From: Octopus vulgaris
Taxonomy: Eukaryota
Assembly: GCA_951406725.2 (NCBI GenBank)
Contig: OX597815.1
Coordinates: forward strand, 182,528,001 to 182,592,000
Direction of reading: 5' to 3'
Length of the DNA: 64,000 nt
Below are positions 38,285-52,659 of the stretch, piece by piece (the first letter of the stretch is position 1; every line of letters begins with the position of its first letter). The notes beneath the pieces were generated by a model, which ran no database searches, was not told the origin of the DNA, and saw nothing but the letters and a program-made list of their open reading frames with translations. Position numbers and translations under genes: made by a program.

Positions 38285-38600
38285 GACTTCAAATTTTGGC
38301 ACAAAGCCATTAATTTCGGTGGAGGGCTAAAGCGACTGCATCGACCCAGGGCTCAACTGGTACTTATTTTATCGCGCCAAATGTTGTCTGTGTCTGAGTG
38401 CGCTAAAGTGGCTCTTTGTGTCCGAAGATCATGAAGAAGAGCGGTAGGCTTCGTTGAGTTAGGAGAGCGTTACGATGACTCGTTCCTATGACCTCGTTGC
38501 CCTGACCTCCATAATATTTAAATTCAGAATGGGAAGATGGAAGAAATACCGTAAAGTATTTTCTCCACCCTGTTAATGGTTCCGCCACGATGCTGCCTTA
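38285..38600 (-). mobile_element. SINE family A, interrupted by about 125 bp of unrelated sequence
   Basis: Tail part 38285-38374 and head part 38500-38600. Confidence 0.65.
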
Positions 38601-40989
38601 TGTGAGTCTGTGTAATATTTGTCGTATATTTCAGTTAAATAAATAACTGATAAAAATCATGGTGTGTTACATAGCTCATAAATGCAGAGTTGGCGACTTT
38701 ATTTAAATGAACCAGATAGAAAAATAATCAGTCGTTTTATATTCCATTCTACTCTAACATAAGCCATAAACTTAAAAATAATATTCATTGAGCATTCTTT
38801 AATAGATACAGAAGCAATTTATATTCAGGCTTGGAAGAAATAATCTTAATTATTCCTTCTTCAATTCTGCATCTCTCAGTCTCTCCTTAGAATCTGAAAG
38901 CAAATGAGCATACAAAATATATAATTAGATATGTAAAGAAACATTTACTTTATTTGTGTGTCACATAGTTGTCAAATATGATTCTAATACTTCAGACGTT
39001 TGGCAATAATGCGAAATTTAGTCTTTTTTCCGTTAGTAATTATTAATTTATTATGTTCTCAATAAAGATTCGCTGCAGATTTCCAGTGACTGTCTTACAG
39101 TATTTGTGTACTCCCGAAGCGAGAAAAGAAGAGAGAAAGAAAAGAAAATGTTATAACTTTTAATCCAAGGACGGCTACGTGAATAGAAAAAAAAACTCAA
39201 TTTATATTCAAATAATGTACAAACAAATCACTAGATTATGCGATAAACTTATTTAAAATACTTGCCGAATGGTATTGAAAAAAAATATATTTCATTCTGA
39301 TGAGTTTTCAGAAATTGACAAAGATATACATTTAAATGCCTGACCTTTGAATAGCAAGGAATCGGAAAAATAAACGTAATTAGCCGCCTCGAAGCCACAC
39401 ATTTACTGAGACGGGAGAATGTGAATAGAGATATTATATTTGATTAACCCTAATCTGCCCCGATTGAGCACAGATATAGTCAAAGACAATCAGAGCCGAT
39501 AAATACACACATGCATGCACACGCTTGCGCACGCACATATGCACACCAGGTTGTGCGTATATATAAATGTGTATGTGTGTGTGTGAGCGTGTATGAGTAT
39601 GAGTGTGTGTAGTTTCTGCACAGTTTCCTCAGTTTCCCTCTGCCAAATTTCTTTGAAAAATTAAGATTGTAGAAATCATTTGCCAGTGTATGAGGTTGCA
39701 CATGGAAGGCAAGTTCCAAAACAGAAGGACATGTCTGCGCCTAGTTTTAGGGACACTGTGATCGATTTGAAATTATTTATTTCGGAGCCTTAGGGTGGGG
39801 AATTGGCAAAATTGTTAGTGTGTTGGTTTTGAAATAGTTATTCCGTCTCTTTACGATCTGTGTTCGAATCTGTCTGAAGTTAAATTTGTCTTCCATGTAT
39901 GCACAGTCAAAGAAAAAAAGTACACACAAAGAAACCCAATAAATATTGCTGACTTTACTCCTTCCATGAATTTCCGACTGTTTGCTGAATGTTTCGTCCG
40001 ATATGCTGAAAAGCAAAACACAAGAATTACCACAAAAAAATGAATTGTAATCGATAGCAAGCATGCCAAACGTTAGTATCCTTTTCCAAATTACATTCAT
40101 TGAAGCATTATGCTGATATATGAAAACTGAATTAACTACGTGTCTTCCAAATATTCTTCAGGACACCGTTAAGCATTTTTCATATATTTTCAGATATAGA
40201 TTATTTTCGTACTTGCGAAATATTGCCAGGTATTCATGTAGAACGAAAAGACTTCTTGGTGTGAGCGTGTGTTTTTTGAGTATATGCATCTCTATAGAAG
40301 AGATTTGTATATCTCACTATGTACTAATATGGATTTCACAGTTTGATGAAATATATACTACGTTGTTTCCATTTTATATCTCATACATGTTAAGTTATTG
40401 AAGTATACACTGCTACATCAGTAGGTGTTTTTTTCTATCAATATTTCTGTGTCGAGCGATCTATTTTCAATTCAGTTTATGTTTGTTTAGATATCAAATA
40501 TAATTTCCTTTTCATTTTCAGATAATATATGTTTTGAATACATTAGTCATGATTGGATTACTCCGATATTAAATTTCCTCAGTGTCAGTTTAATAAGATA
40601 AAGTTATGCTTTATACGCCAAAATGCACATTCACAAAAATATACATACACACACACACATACACACATGCACATACACAAACACACGCTCTCTAAATCAT
40701 AGATTCATACATGAGTAATAACGACTTAATTCTTTTTACAAATACGTTGTTATTCATTTGTCGGAGAGTAAAACTAGTGAATATATTTCACTGACTGTCT
40801 GTTGTTAAAACTAAAACTGCGCCATCGTGGAACAAAGAAATTAGCACCCGAAGAACACAAAAATCATTTGTGATTTGCTTTTCTTACTTAAAAGCATTAT
40901 AAATTATGAAGAATAACAATTTCGTAGAATTTCGGAGGCCTGAGCACTGACACAATTCCACTCTTGCAATCGATAATATCTACAATGAA

Positions 40990-41165
40990 TAATGGTTTCA
41001 AATTTTGGTAAAGGCCAGTAGTTTTAGGAAAATGGGAATGGAAAATTACAACGACCCCAGTGCTCAACTCCTGCTTATTTTCTCGTCGTAGAAATAATGA
41101 AAGACAAAATCAACCTAGGCATGATTTGAACCCAGAACGGAAAAAATGTGGCTAAGCGCGCACTA
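40990..41165 (-). mobile_element. Degenerate SINE family A
   Basis: TTTCAAATTTTGG...CGACCCCAGTGCTCAACT...GATTTGAACCCAGAAC. Confidence 0.6.
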
Positions 41166-41186
41166 ACAGTATTGTTCTATTTAGAA

Positions 41187-41579
41187 CTAGCAGTATTGCC
41201 CGGCGTTGCTCGGGTTTGTAAGGGAAATAACTATATAAGCATTTTTAGAGAGTTATAGCCAAAAAATAGCCAAAAAATGCATTAAAAATGGAAAAAAAAT
41301 GATAGTAAATTTTTTTTTAATCGTTGATTCATCATAGACATTTTTAGAGAGTTACTTCCCTTATATAATAGCGAAAAAATGCATTAAAATGGAAAAAATG
41401 ATGGTAAATTTTTTTTTTAATCGTAGACTCATCGTAGACGCGCGCTAATACCCAGAAGGGCTCGATATGAATCACGACTATAAGATACCCGGTTTTGGTT
41501 AAACTGCACCGCAAAATGTGGGAGTAAGGAATCTAAATCGTAAGAGACAGACACACAACTTCTCTTTTATATATAAAGA
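41187..41579 (-). mobile_element. Non-autonomous Helitron, copy 1
   Basis: Minus strand A|TCTTTATATAT...CCCGAGCAACGCCGGG hairpin...CTAG|T, no TSD; internal tandem duplication. Confidence 0.88.
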
Positions 41580-41779
41580 TGAGTATGACAACGTGTACTC
41601 TACTATGGGAACTAGCAAAAACTAGTATGGAAATAAAGAGGCAGCTGAATAATAATCTGAGATCAAGTCTCAGAAACTGCTTTACTTATAAATTAAATAT
41701 GTTAAAATCAAGTTCATGATCACGTTTTAAGAGCTATAGCCATAAAAATATTTTGTGAAGGTCCCAAGGAAAAGACGTA

Positions 41780-42330
41780 AATGTCATGCTTCCGTCTTAG
41801 AATTTCCCCTTTTTTGGTATGAAACTTTCAAGCTCGACTCAAAGATTGGACTTAAAGATTTCTCTTGATATTTCCTGACGATATAAAATTCATAACATGC
41901 AAACTGCACCACCAATAATAACCTTCCGTTTCGAAAATATTTCCCTCTCTAACACCTTGTGAGACTCTAACATTCTCTCATTAGATCCGCAATGTAAGAT
42001 CGCACCCTAAGACCACTACATCAAATCCAAATGAAAATCTACAACATAATCTAATCCATTCATCATAGACAATTTCTCAGCACTTTTTTTTTACTGCTAA
42101 TTACAACAGCTTCTGCTGCTCAAAGTTAGTTACTAGTCAACAACCTCTACAAAATTTTATACAAGATGCCCGTTTTATTCTACTGAGTTCATCTCCCCTA
42201 CCAGGATCCGCACTATCTTCTAACCCTTTCGCCCAAATCAAGAACTCTCCAGAATTCTATTTCTATTCAAAAGTTCCTTTTGAGCCGATTTAAAGCTATT
42301 CAATATCAGCATCTACCACAGGAATCACAC
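41780..42330 (+). pseudogene. Very degraded CR1/L2-group LINE remnant
   Basis: Weak PFHHR and YC..YNSFCCSKL, similar to the 20560-21110 motifs. Confidence 0.3.
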
Positions 42331-42697
42331 TAGCCTTACAGGGTTTTTTGGTATGTTTGAACGGTCTTTACCTCGTGCGCAAATCATCAAAAGAAATTGT
42401 GCTTCTATAGAAAGCAGCTATTTCAATGGTACTACGACGCAGATTTCTTAACTGATTCAGTTACTTTCTTTCAGCTTCATAGAGGAGAAAATTCCCTTCA
42501 AATATGTTATGAATTCTTCGATATATATATATTGAAAATTATGAACCTCAAAATTGTACATTTGCCTTCTCGTAAAAGTTATTTCCAAGTAAAAGTGGAC
42601 TCTTTTGTTAAATTACATTTATTTATAGCAATATACTGCGTTAATAGATTTATATTGCTTTTTTATATTCATTTGCAAGAGTCTCGGTGCAAGAATA

Positions 42698-42770
42698 TGT
42701 GTATGTGTGTGTGTGTGTACATATGTACATATATATATATATATGTACACATGCACACACACATACACAG

Positions 42771-42825
<55 letters not shown>

Positions 42826-42833
42826 CATACATA

Positions 42834-42887
<54 letters not shown>

Positions 42888-42926
42888 CATGCATACATAT
42901 ATATATATGCGTGTGTGTGTGTGTGT
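42698..42926. repeat. Compound (TA)/(CA)/(TG) microsatellite
   Basis: Directly visible; source of six artefact ORFs. Confidence 0.95.
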
Positions 42927-43940
42927 AATATATAACACTATAAATACGTGCGTACTGAGGCGTTACGTATGATGGATGCATAAAAATTGTAACGTTTAAT
43001 ATTACTGCGCTTCTTTCTGTTTAAATGTGTCAGTGTGAATACTTGTTTATTACACACATGTGTGTGTGAGAACACTTTGAGATATTTTCGGTATCTAACA
43101 TATGTCAGATACTGCGAGCGCTGCTTCTGATTAGTCAATCCATGGCGATGAGCCGAGGTCACGGTGACGGCACTACTTTTGTCATTCATAAGTTACAACT
43201 AAACTTCATTCACTACTTTCACGAGCAGGTAGAATGTAGCCATGTAATTAAACAAACATACTATCTTTTTTATACCAGATATCACTTAAAGTCATATACA
43301 CATAAAATATAAACATTTCTGGTGGTAATTCAATTTTTTGTTGCCAAAAAAATCACATATTTCGTCTACTCGTCTGAACTTGAATGTTAACAAAATGTAA
43401 AACATTCATCAGTTATCAGTCATTTCACCTGAAAACTTAGCGCTATAAAGTCGGACTATCTTCCTGCGGCATGACATCTTTTACAGTTACACATTGTGAC
43501 GTCACTTACGTGAAATCAAGCTGTATGGTGCTCACCAACTCTAATCTGCGACAAAGATATTTGTATTAGAAACGAAACAAACTAGTCATTGTTTCCCATA
43601 ATGCTTTGGAATTCTCAAGAAAATTTATATTTTCGTGTATTTTCCAAAAGATTTAAATCTTAAATTATAGTTTATGAGATATGACTGTTGAATAAAGCAA
43701 AGGGATTTAATCTCATGATATAAGATCTATTGATTTGTATTGAAAATAATTTAGAAATTAATTAATAATTTGATACATTAAATGTTAAAATATGTGTCAG
43801 ATACGCCGTTTGTAATGTTCAGCTTGATAACAGCCTTTGATCAATATTCAGAAGAAAGGAAATATACAATAACAGAGAACGCTAAGAGAAGATACAGAAA
43901 AGCCTAAAGGAAAAGAACGACAATGCACACACGCATGCGC

Positions 43941-44019
<79 letters not shown>

Positions 44020-44237
44020 TGTGTGTGTGTGTGTGTGTAAGTATGTATGTATAAAGGGAAAGAAAAATATCAGCGTGGACGATCTTTTAATACAAAGTTG
44101 GTACGAATTCAATAAAGTTTCTACAAGTTTTTTCCAAGCCGAATTAATTCCGAAACAGAACGAAGCAAATAATCCTTTTTAAATTAAAATTAAGCTTTTC
44201 TTCAGCAATTCATTATTGAAATGAATGGGTTCGAACA

Positions 44238-44642
44238 ACAAGAAAGGCTGAAGACGCTCGACCTTTATTCTCTAGAAAAACGACGCCGCCGTGGTGATCT
44301 CATTCTTGTTCATAACATCATAAGCGGAAAGTGTAACCTTTTGAAAGAGCTGTTCTTCACTCCTGCTCCAGAGCGTAGCCTGCTGGGTCACTCAAAAAAG
44401 CTCTATCTGCGACGATTTCATCTCAATCGAAGGAGAGGGGCTTTCTCCGTCCGGGTTGCGGATCCGTGGAATAAGCTGCCGGACGAGATAGTGAAGATGC
44501 CGACGCCCACTCGGTTCAAAGTCTCTCTTGATCAGAAATGGCCTGAACTCTTTGCATGAACACCCTCCCTGTACTTAACTCCATGTCCCCCTACATGGCC
44601 TTGCTTTTTGATTTTTGAGCCAAAAAATTAACTTAACTTAAC
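44238..44642 (+). mobile_element. 5'-truncated CR1-type LINE (ORF2 C-terminus, 3' UTR and (TTAAC)n tail)
   Basis: RLKTLDLYSLEKRRRRGDLI...GHSKKL...FSVRVADPWNKLPDEIV...FKVSLD; stop at 44559; hairpin CCATGT...ACATGG; (TTAAC)3 tail. Confidence 0.92.
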
Positions 44643-45830
44643 AAAAATGTAAAGACGTTTAATAGCCCAGAAAGGAACAAATAATTCAATTGAAGCAGAG
44701 GACATACATGCTTAACATCCCTTTGAAGGATTTTGGTCCTTACTATATATATATATGTCCTTAGCCTGAAAAGTAGCATGCTGTATAAACCTCGCTTGGA
44801 TATCTACCCCTTCTGAGGCTCCGATCGCTGTGACACATATTTAGCCCGGATCTTATCTACTCCAGTCTATACCGTCTGTATTCTTATTCGCACACCCCGC
44901 AATCCTGGTTGCCTACCGTGAAATATAAAAAAGAACTTTTTGCAGTTCATCTTACTTCGATACGAAAAAAAATCCACTACCTTCCGACTCAATAATCCAA
45001 TATTGACCCTGAAAGTTGTTTTGTTTTTTATACTTATTACTGTCGTTTTTCCTCTAATAATATATACCTGTTAACACGGAAGCCTAAAACGGATCCTTAG
45101 CTCCAGCCTCAGGTGTGAACTTGGAATCTAACGTATGACCAATTTAGCACTTACTCAGCGTACCTGTTCGTTTAGATCACCAGTGAACTATAAACCCCTC
45201 GTATTCTTTACATATATGTATGTAAGTGTGTGTGTGCGCGTATGTGTGTATGTATGTCATTATGTTTATTTCAAAATTTCTTTCCAATAGAGAAAGAACC
45301 GATTTCTAACCTAGATCCAAGCTTCCTTCATTGAAATTTCAACATCAACTGTAGGGTATTTTTGTTTGTATGTATGTATGTATGTATGTATGTATGTATG
45401 TATGTATGTATGTATGTCTTGCCTCAGATGTACAGAATCAGTCTTTTCTCTGCAATGCAGAGTTTAGCTAGGTTGCTGCCATTTACTTGAAACCTACAAC
45501 ATTCAACTGTTCTGCGACTGATTTATTGTCTCCCAGCTATTTCTTTTTAATGCCAAGTTTTATTGTGAAAAGCTTATATTTCCTTCAGTATTTCTGGAGG
45601 ATCAGATATGATTATGAACTCCTTTTCTATTTTAAGGGTACGATACAGACCTTACCTTGTAGCTTATTCATTACATATAAGTTTGCATTACAGAATCCGG
45701 ATATATGATCTTGTAGTACTGTAAATGTTAGTTACCTGAATTAAAACATTTCCTTCTTTAGACCTTAGCCATCCATTTAAAACCATAGCCATGATATACA
45801 AACATATACGCACACAAATATAGAGTCAGG

Positions 45831-45892
<62 letters not shown>

Positions 45893-45960
45893 TTACATAT
45901 ATATATATACATATATATATACATTTACATATATATATATATACATATATATATACATTT

Positions 45961-46025
<65 letters not shown>

Positions 46026-46027
<2 letters not shown>

Positions 46028-46188
46028 ACGGGCTTCTTTGAGTTTCCATCTACCAAATCCACGTACAAGGCTTTGGTCAACCCGAGACTATAGTAGAAGA
46101 CACTTGCACAACGTGCCACGCAGTGGGACTGAACCCGGAACCCTGTGGTTGGTAAGCCAGCTACTTACCACACAGCCACTCCTACGCC
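46026..46188 (-). mobile_element. SINE family B, 5' half
   Basis: CTACTTACCACACAGCCACTCCTACGCC is the reverse complement of the head. Confidence 0.92.
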
Positions 46189-46710
46189 TATATATACACA
46201 CACAAACATGTATATATATATACACATATATATATATATATATGTATGTTTGTATGTATGTATGTATGTATGTATGTATGTATGTATATATATATGTATG
46301 TATATACATATACAGAGAGTGTGAGAGAGAGAGAGTAACAAACAGACGGACAGATAGACAGATAGATATTTGTATGCATGTATTAAGTATGTCAGTGTGC
46401 ATGTATTTATTTGTGCTTGCGCGTGTGTGAATGTGCATGGATAGATGGGTGTAGATATATTCCTGTCAATGATTATATGTATGTACATATCTGAGTTCTT
46501 TATTGTCGGCTAAATGAATATTTATATATTTTTTTCAGCCATTATAATACAAAAACTATTCAAAAACCGGATTCATCATAACACTACGGTTCTCGGCAAC
46601 GTGAGAAGAGTAAGTATTAATTCTGATTTTTAGCTTCCTGTCTAAAGTTTATCTGTTGCAATTTCTACTAATGAAGCATGTATTGTATTTCGATAAAAAT
46701 CGTGTTTAAT

Positions 46711-47045
46711 GGCGCAGGCATGCTGGGTAATAAAAAGTTTGCTTTCCAGCCACGTGGTTCAGGGTTCGGTCCACCACGTGACACCTTGAATAAGTGTCTT
46801 CTATCATGACCTTGGGCTACCCAAAGCCTTGTGAGTGGATTTGGTCCAATGGATTTGATATCCCCACCACTACCACCACCACCGCTTGACAACTGGTGTT
46901 GGCGTTTTGACCATCCCGTAACTTAGTGTTGCGGAAAGTCTTACTGATAGAATATGTACCAGTTTGTAAAAAAAAAAACAAAGGAGGATTCTTTCGACTA
47001 AGCATCTTCAAGGCGATGCCCCATCATGATCGCAGACTGAAAGAA
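46711..47045 (+). mobile_element. SINE family B, diverged
   Basis: GGCGCAGGCATG head, CCAAAGCCTTGTGAGTGGATTTGG, and tail. Confidence 0.82.
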
Positions 47046-49685
47046 AAAAAAAAAAAAACTATAAAAGACTGTGGAGCTAACTTCATCGTAAAAAAAACTG
47101 TTTTATATACGCTGGCTTATTTACCATTGTTACCTATTTGCTTATCTAACTCAGAATCAGTCTGTTTACCTTGTACAGTATTAAAATTTTCACAACATCA
47201 AGGTTTCTCTTGTGATATTTGGTGCCATTATCAAACGTATCACAACCCGGGAAGCAACTCGACGCCTCTCACACGACATCTGAACTTCATTTTGAGAAAT
47301 TTATACCCAACATAATATATCTTTCAGCAGCATATTATATATTATTATGCGCCTGACATATACAAGTATATCAAATACCATGCAGTATAAATTCTTGATT
47401 GAATAAAAGTATCTCTGTTTCTGAAGGATGTACCATAATTACCAAACACCAATTAAGTCTACCTCAAATTGAGAAGAGATGAGAATCTTGAGATTGAGGA
47501 ATTCTTCAAATGTTCAACCTTATTTCCGGGACTCGGGGGATTTAGACATGAAGAGAGAATATGGTTAAGTAAATTAAGATTTATTGAGCTCAGGGAAATA
47601 ACTCAGACTTGTGTCATGAATTTCAGTAACATAGACAAAAACAGGTTTGTTATTAACTTACATTAAATGTATTCTGCACGCTAGGAGGTATAATTAAATA
47701 AATGATGCATTAAATTGATGTATGGCTTCCGTAATTTTTTCAATTTATTTTGTTTGTACTTAACTAGGGAAGATAAAATTTTGTATAATTCGGAAAAGTA
47801 ACAGTTAAGTTATATGGGAACTAGCGGTTTTTAAGGAAGTTTTTTTTTTTATCTAATATTGCATAAAATTGTTTCTTCTATACAGTATAAGTGCTTGTAT
47901 GTCCTAAGTTACAATTGTTTTACCCTTTCAATAAAGTAAACCGGTCACGTTTTCGAAAGTAATTTTATTACGATTTCATAACTGAAAACAGCTTTATCTG
48001 CTGCATCGTCGTAATAAATATTTATTGTTTTTATCATTACCTAAATAAAATAAGAACAGTGCTTAATATATTATTCTTTGTTTAGTTCAAACATCTTATT
48101 AGAATTGCTGTTACATACAGATGTAGCATGAATGGAAATAAAATGTGGCATGAATGGAAATAATGCAATTTAAATAAATGTTTTGGAAGATAAAGGTACA
48201 ATCGGTCATTAGATCAAGTAATCAGGAAAGTGTATTCATATTGTATACTTGACAAACATACACCCGTTAAAATATAAAACTGTTTTCCAGTCTGAAATAA
48301 GTATCACGAAATTATATGATAGATTCGAAACAGATTACGCTGAATCGGTTTTAACCTTTTCAATAAACGACGGTTTTCGTTTGAAGCAAACTAGTAATGT
48401 GCATTAAATTCATGCGTGAGTTGATCTGAAGGAGTTAGATAAATCTTAATATAAATCTTGATTTTAATAGCAGAAAATATCTGCTGTTGGGTCTAATTTG
48501 CAACTAAATTCACTTGATGTTCTGCTGACTTGGAATATCCATATTCGATGAACATAAGACAGAATATTTGATGCTACGCTTCTTATTTTATGCAGTATTA
48601 ACTCAGGATAAACTTCCATTGGGGTTTGTTTCTTTCAAAAAGTATATAATCTTACATAAAACTATGAAACAATTTTAGTTTATTATCATAGATAAAATAT
48701 AGAGTAACCACTGTGTTTTTAACGAGTGTTTATGGCGATTAATACATATGAGAAGAAAGATATTTGTTTTATTATTTGGTGAATATTCTACATAATAATA
48801 GCATCTTGTATCTTTCTTAACCTTTGGCTTTATATCGTTTTTCCAAATATTTACCGGTAGTTCAGTCTGTTGCCGAGATAATAGGAACTTTAATTTCATC
48901 ACGAATGTTTGTTGACATAGTGAATTTGTCTTACAAAGACTATCTTTTCAGCTCCTATATCTTAAACCAATATGTAAAAATCAAAATGAATAACCGTAAT
49001 TCAAGGAAGAAAAGGAATCAGATAAGACATCCTAATATAACATATATCATTTATAACGATGAATATAATTGCTTAACTTTAATTTCTTTCAGTACTACCT
49101 AATAAACATTTGGTTCCCTTAATCGATACTGGGCGGCCAGTGTTTGATTTTCATAAGCAAATGGGCCATTGTGTTTCGTATTACACACTAACAAAGAAGT
49201 ATCCAGTAATTATGGCATAACACGAACTCACCACCTTTATTCTGGATAGTGCTCATTCCAGCTACGCTAATATATCATTTCAATCTGGTTTTCGTCCAAA
49301 ATCTCTAATAATGTACATCGAACTGTAATATAGGTGTATCAGAGACTCATATGGATTAACCCAACCTTAATTCAACCTCTGTAAATCTACATCTAATTTT
49401 AGACTTGATATTAAAATTTGTATGAAAACTTTTTCTGTTGTGACGTGCTTCTATGATATTTAACACTGAATATTTGCAATATCATTAATGAATTAGCTGC
49501 TAGTATTGTCAACGTAAGTGATATTAGATATAGTGAGCGAATATTTAAGACATTAAACAGATACAAGAGCAATTTCATTGGAGCGAATATTTCTTTCTTC
49601 TTTCTATCCTACGTTCTGGCATATAATGTCAATTCTTTCATCTCGACTTTTGTTTTCTGTAAATTTGAACTATATAGGGCCAGTT

Positions 49686-49850
49686 ACTGCAACAGCCTGG
49701 GTTTCAGGAGAGCACAGTTTTTAATATTCATCCAAAGAGCCTGAGGGGCCTATACAAAGTTGATGTAGGTCTTTTCAAATCAAAAATTCGATGTCTTCCT
49801 GTCGAGAGTCCCAGATGAACCTACCTCATGGCAGAAGGCGTAAATGACTT
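49686..49850 (+). pseudogene. LINE (CR1/L2 group) ORF2 extreme C-terminus
   Basis: CNSLGFRRAQ/FNIHPKSLRGLYKVDVGLFK/FDVFLSRVPDEP across frameshifts. Confidence 0.7.
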
Positions 49851-50036
49851 TATCCATATCAGACACCGAGGCTATTCAGTAATAACAGCGTAGAAAAGCG
49901 GCGGCGCCACAGTATGGCCACAGCTTTGAGCTGAAACTGACAAAACATAAATCATATATATATATATTTATGTATATTAAAAGTAATTTAAGTTTTTGTC
50001 TGGTCATGGAGTGACCAATGGTAAGCCGAAGATATA

Positions 50037-50120
50037 CATGTGCGTGTGGGGGGGCATGTGCGTGTGGGGGGGCATGTGCGTGTGGGGGGCATGTGCGTGT
50101 GGGGGGGGGGGGGCATGTGC
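50037..50120 (+). repeat. G-rich minisatellite (CATGTGCGTGT-Gn) x4
   Basis: G tracts of 7, 7, 6 and 13 separated by 11-nt spacers. Confidence 0.92.
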
Positions 50121-50211
50121 GCGCGCACGCGTGTGTGTGCCTGTGCCTGTGTGTGTGTGTGTATACACACACGCACACCACACACACACACACACACACA
50201 TATATAATAAA

Positions 50212-50415
50212 AGATGTACTTACATAGCAAGTGACCTGATTTGAGATCGTGTGCTGAAACGAAAACAATTGCTGCAATTGCAGCCATTTAAAACCACACA
50301 GAAACCGTTATATTCACTTCAACATTTAAATATTTTCGTCGCTTTGAGGAAGTGAATTTAACGGTTTTTGCGTGTTTTTAAATGGCTTATGAACACCTTC
50401 CTCGCTGCAATTTTT
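50212..50415. mobile_element. Internally deleted fold-back repeat
   Basis: Arms 50282-50320 and 50349-50387; flanked by (TA)n. Confidence 0.7.
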
Positions 50416-50473
<58 letters not shown>

Positions 50474-51399
50474 TGTGTGTGTATGTGTGTGTGTGTGTGT
50501 ATGTGTATGCATGTACATATCAATAACAAAAATAATCTTTGGATGTAATTTATAAATATTATAATGCATCGCTACGCGCGTTTCCCCAAATTACATGTTT
50601 CGTAAGATCATAGTCCGTATTCATGAAATTATTACAGTGCAGTCCGTAATATCCATGGACCCAACGTAGATCATGTTCATGCATTCATTTCTAAAATTTA
50701 TTTAAAATAAATGCAAGCACACTCACAACACATTTTAAACAGTATATTTTAAAAGTAGTTTTAACTGAATCTATTCGTTATACATCAAAGCATGAAGTGA
50801 AATGTGTTATTTCTCGCACGAAATTACGTCTTGTTTATTAAACTCTACGTCTGTCTCTTCACTGACAAACAGAACATAGGCTAAACACGAAGAAATAGTA
50901 AAAGAATCAAGTGAAATCGTTGCATTGGTCATAAAATATAGTATCAGTCATGTAGACCTTTCTCCTATATGTAGGACTAGACACGCATACTTTAATAATT
51001 GCATTAATGTATAAAATACGGACAGCTTTTTCGATAATTGCCATTTCTATTTCCTATATGTAGAGAACAAATATTCATGGAGTGTGTAGAGAATGAAGTT
51101 GATTAGAAATACATGGGAAAGATTTTATAGATTATGTGAAGTAAACTTATAATATATTGGAGTAATGGACACCAATAAACATAGCTATTTCAAGTAATTT
51201 TGCGATAGTCTCCACTATATCATACATATTAAATATATATCAAGTATATTAGCTGTTCAATATGAATGCATTTAATGTATCACCAAACACGCATGGAAGT
51301 GCCAATGTATATATTTGTATACATATTACTATGAAATTATCTCTCTCCTTTACATTCTTTCTCTCTCTCCCTCAATCTTTATATATATATATTATAGAT

Positions 51400-51575
51400 A
51401 TAGGGTAAAGAATTATTAATTTAATAATTAATAAATTTTACCAAGTAGCTTAGGTATGGAAAAACTTGTACAAAAAGTTTTTTTATAATTTATATACATA
51501 ATTAAGGGATTAGCAAAGGGGTGCTTCACCACATACCGAAAATTTAGAAATAGCAGTCAAAACTGCTGATTCTTC
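51400..51575 (-). mobile_element. Relative of the 58190-58330 repeat
   Basis: Shared AAGTAGCT/AAGTGGCC and GAAATAGCAGTC motifs. Confidence 0.5.
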
Positions 51576-51979
51576 AACTACAATACATATGTATATATAT
51601 ATATGTGTGTGTGTGTCGAATGCGTAGTGTTTCCAACTGCAATATGTTCTATATACAGCCCTGTAAATTGTTTATATACATCGTCGAACGAGTACGAAAA
51701 AGTAAAGTGAGATGGGCACAGTTGCATTCAACTGGTAATCATTCAAGAGAATTGCTGTTACACATTTAAAGCAACGATGAATCGTCATCCAAATAGCTAA
51801 GAAATCCGCTCTTAGCTATTCAGACATGTACTTGATATTAAAATTGCTGCCTATAATATGGTACAAAGAGTTACAGGTGACCATTCATGAATAGACACCT
51901 GTATCTCTCTGTTACACATATATATATTTACTCTGGTATCTCTTTGTTACTCTCGTATATATATATATATATATATATA

Positions 51980-52034
<55 letters not shown>

Positions 52035-52344
52035 TTAAATAATCAGAAAATGAAGAAACCTTTTTATCAACAAACAAAAAAATTGAACCACATCGGCTGA
52101 TTATTATTTGATACAAAACATGGCAAAGTTTTCTCTGTTTCCTGATAATTTAAATTTGATTCCTGATAAACTTTTGTTTATTCTGTTGTTACCTGCGCGC
52201 TGTGACCATAGTGTACCTGCATACCCATGCTCAGGGATGGCACAGGTAATTGATACCGATAGTAAATACGAGTACCATTATCCCTTAGTCGGTTACTGCA
52301 ACCACTAACTCTACTTACCTGTATACATATATATTTATGATAGA

Positions 52345-52519
52345 TCGGTAGCCACTACACACGTGTTTTTTTCCTCTCCTTGTTTCTTTCTGTGTCCCTT
52401 TCTGTGGGAGAGTTAGGCTCGAAACTTTAAAGACTTTTTCAATTTCTGAACGTTAAACTAATACATCTGTTTGTTTTCTACAGCACTTGTCTTCGACTTT
52501 TGTTTTTTTCGTGAATTCT

Positions 52520-52522
<3 letters not shown>
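52345..52522 (+). mobile_element. Short (TA)n-associated repeat (putative PLE tail) with degenerate hammerhead-like motif
   Basis: CTTT-CTGTGGG-A-GAGT-TAG-GCTC-GAAAC-TTT-AAAG at 52398-52432; homologous to 11757-11925. Confidence 0.78.
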
Positions 52523-52583
<61 letters not shown>

Positions 52584-52659
52584 TGTATAAATTTATATAT
52601 AAATATATTGTATATATGTACATATGAATATATACACATATACATACACATACATATAT

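Noticed and set aside
39295-39325. CTGATGA...GAAA as a hammerhead
   Set aside because: No stem II, stem III or cleavage triplet can form.
40504-40610. Strong splice-acceptor-like TTTCCTTTTCATTTTCAG
   Set aside because: No convincing donor or open frame follows; an exon cannot be called without RNA data.
44221-44559. 112-aa ORF as a host gene
   Set aside because: It is the C-terminus of a CR1-type LINE ORF2; the ATG comes from flanking DNA.
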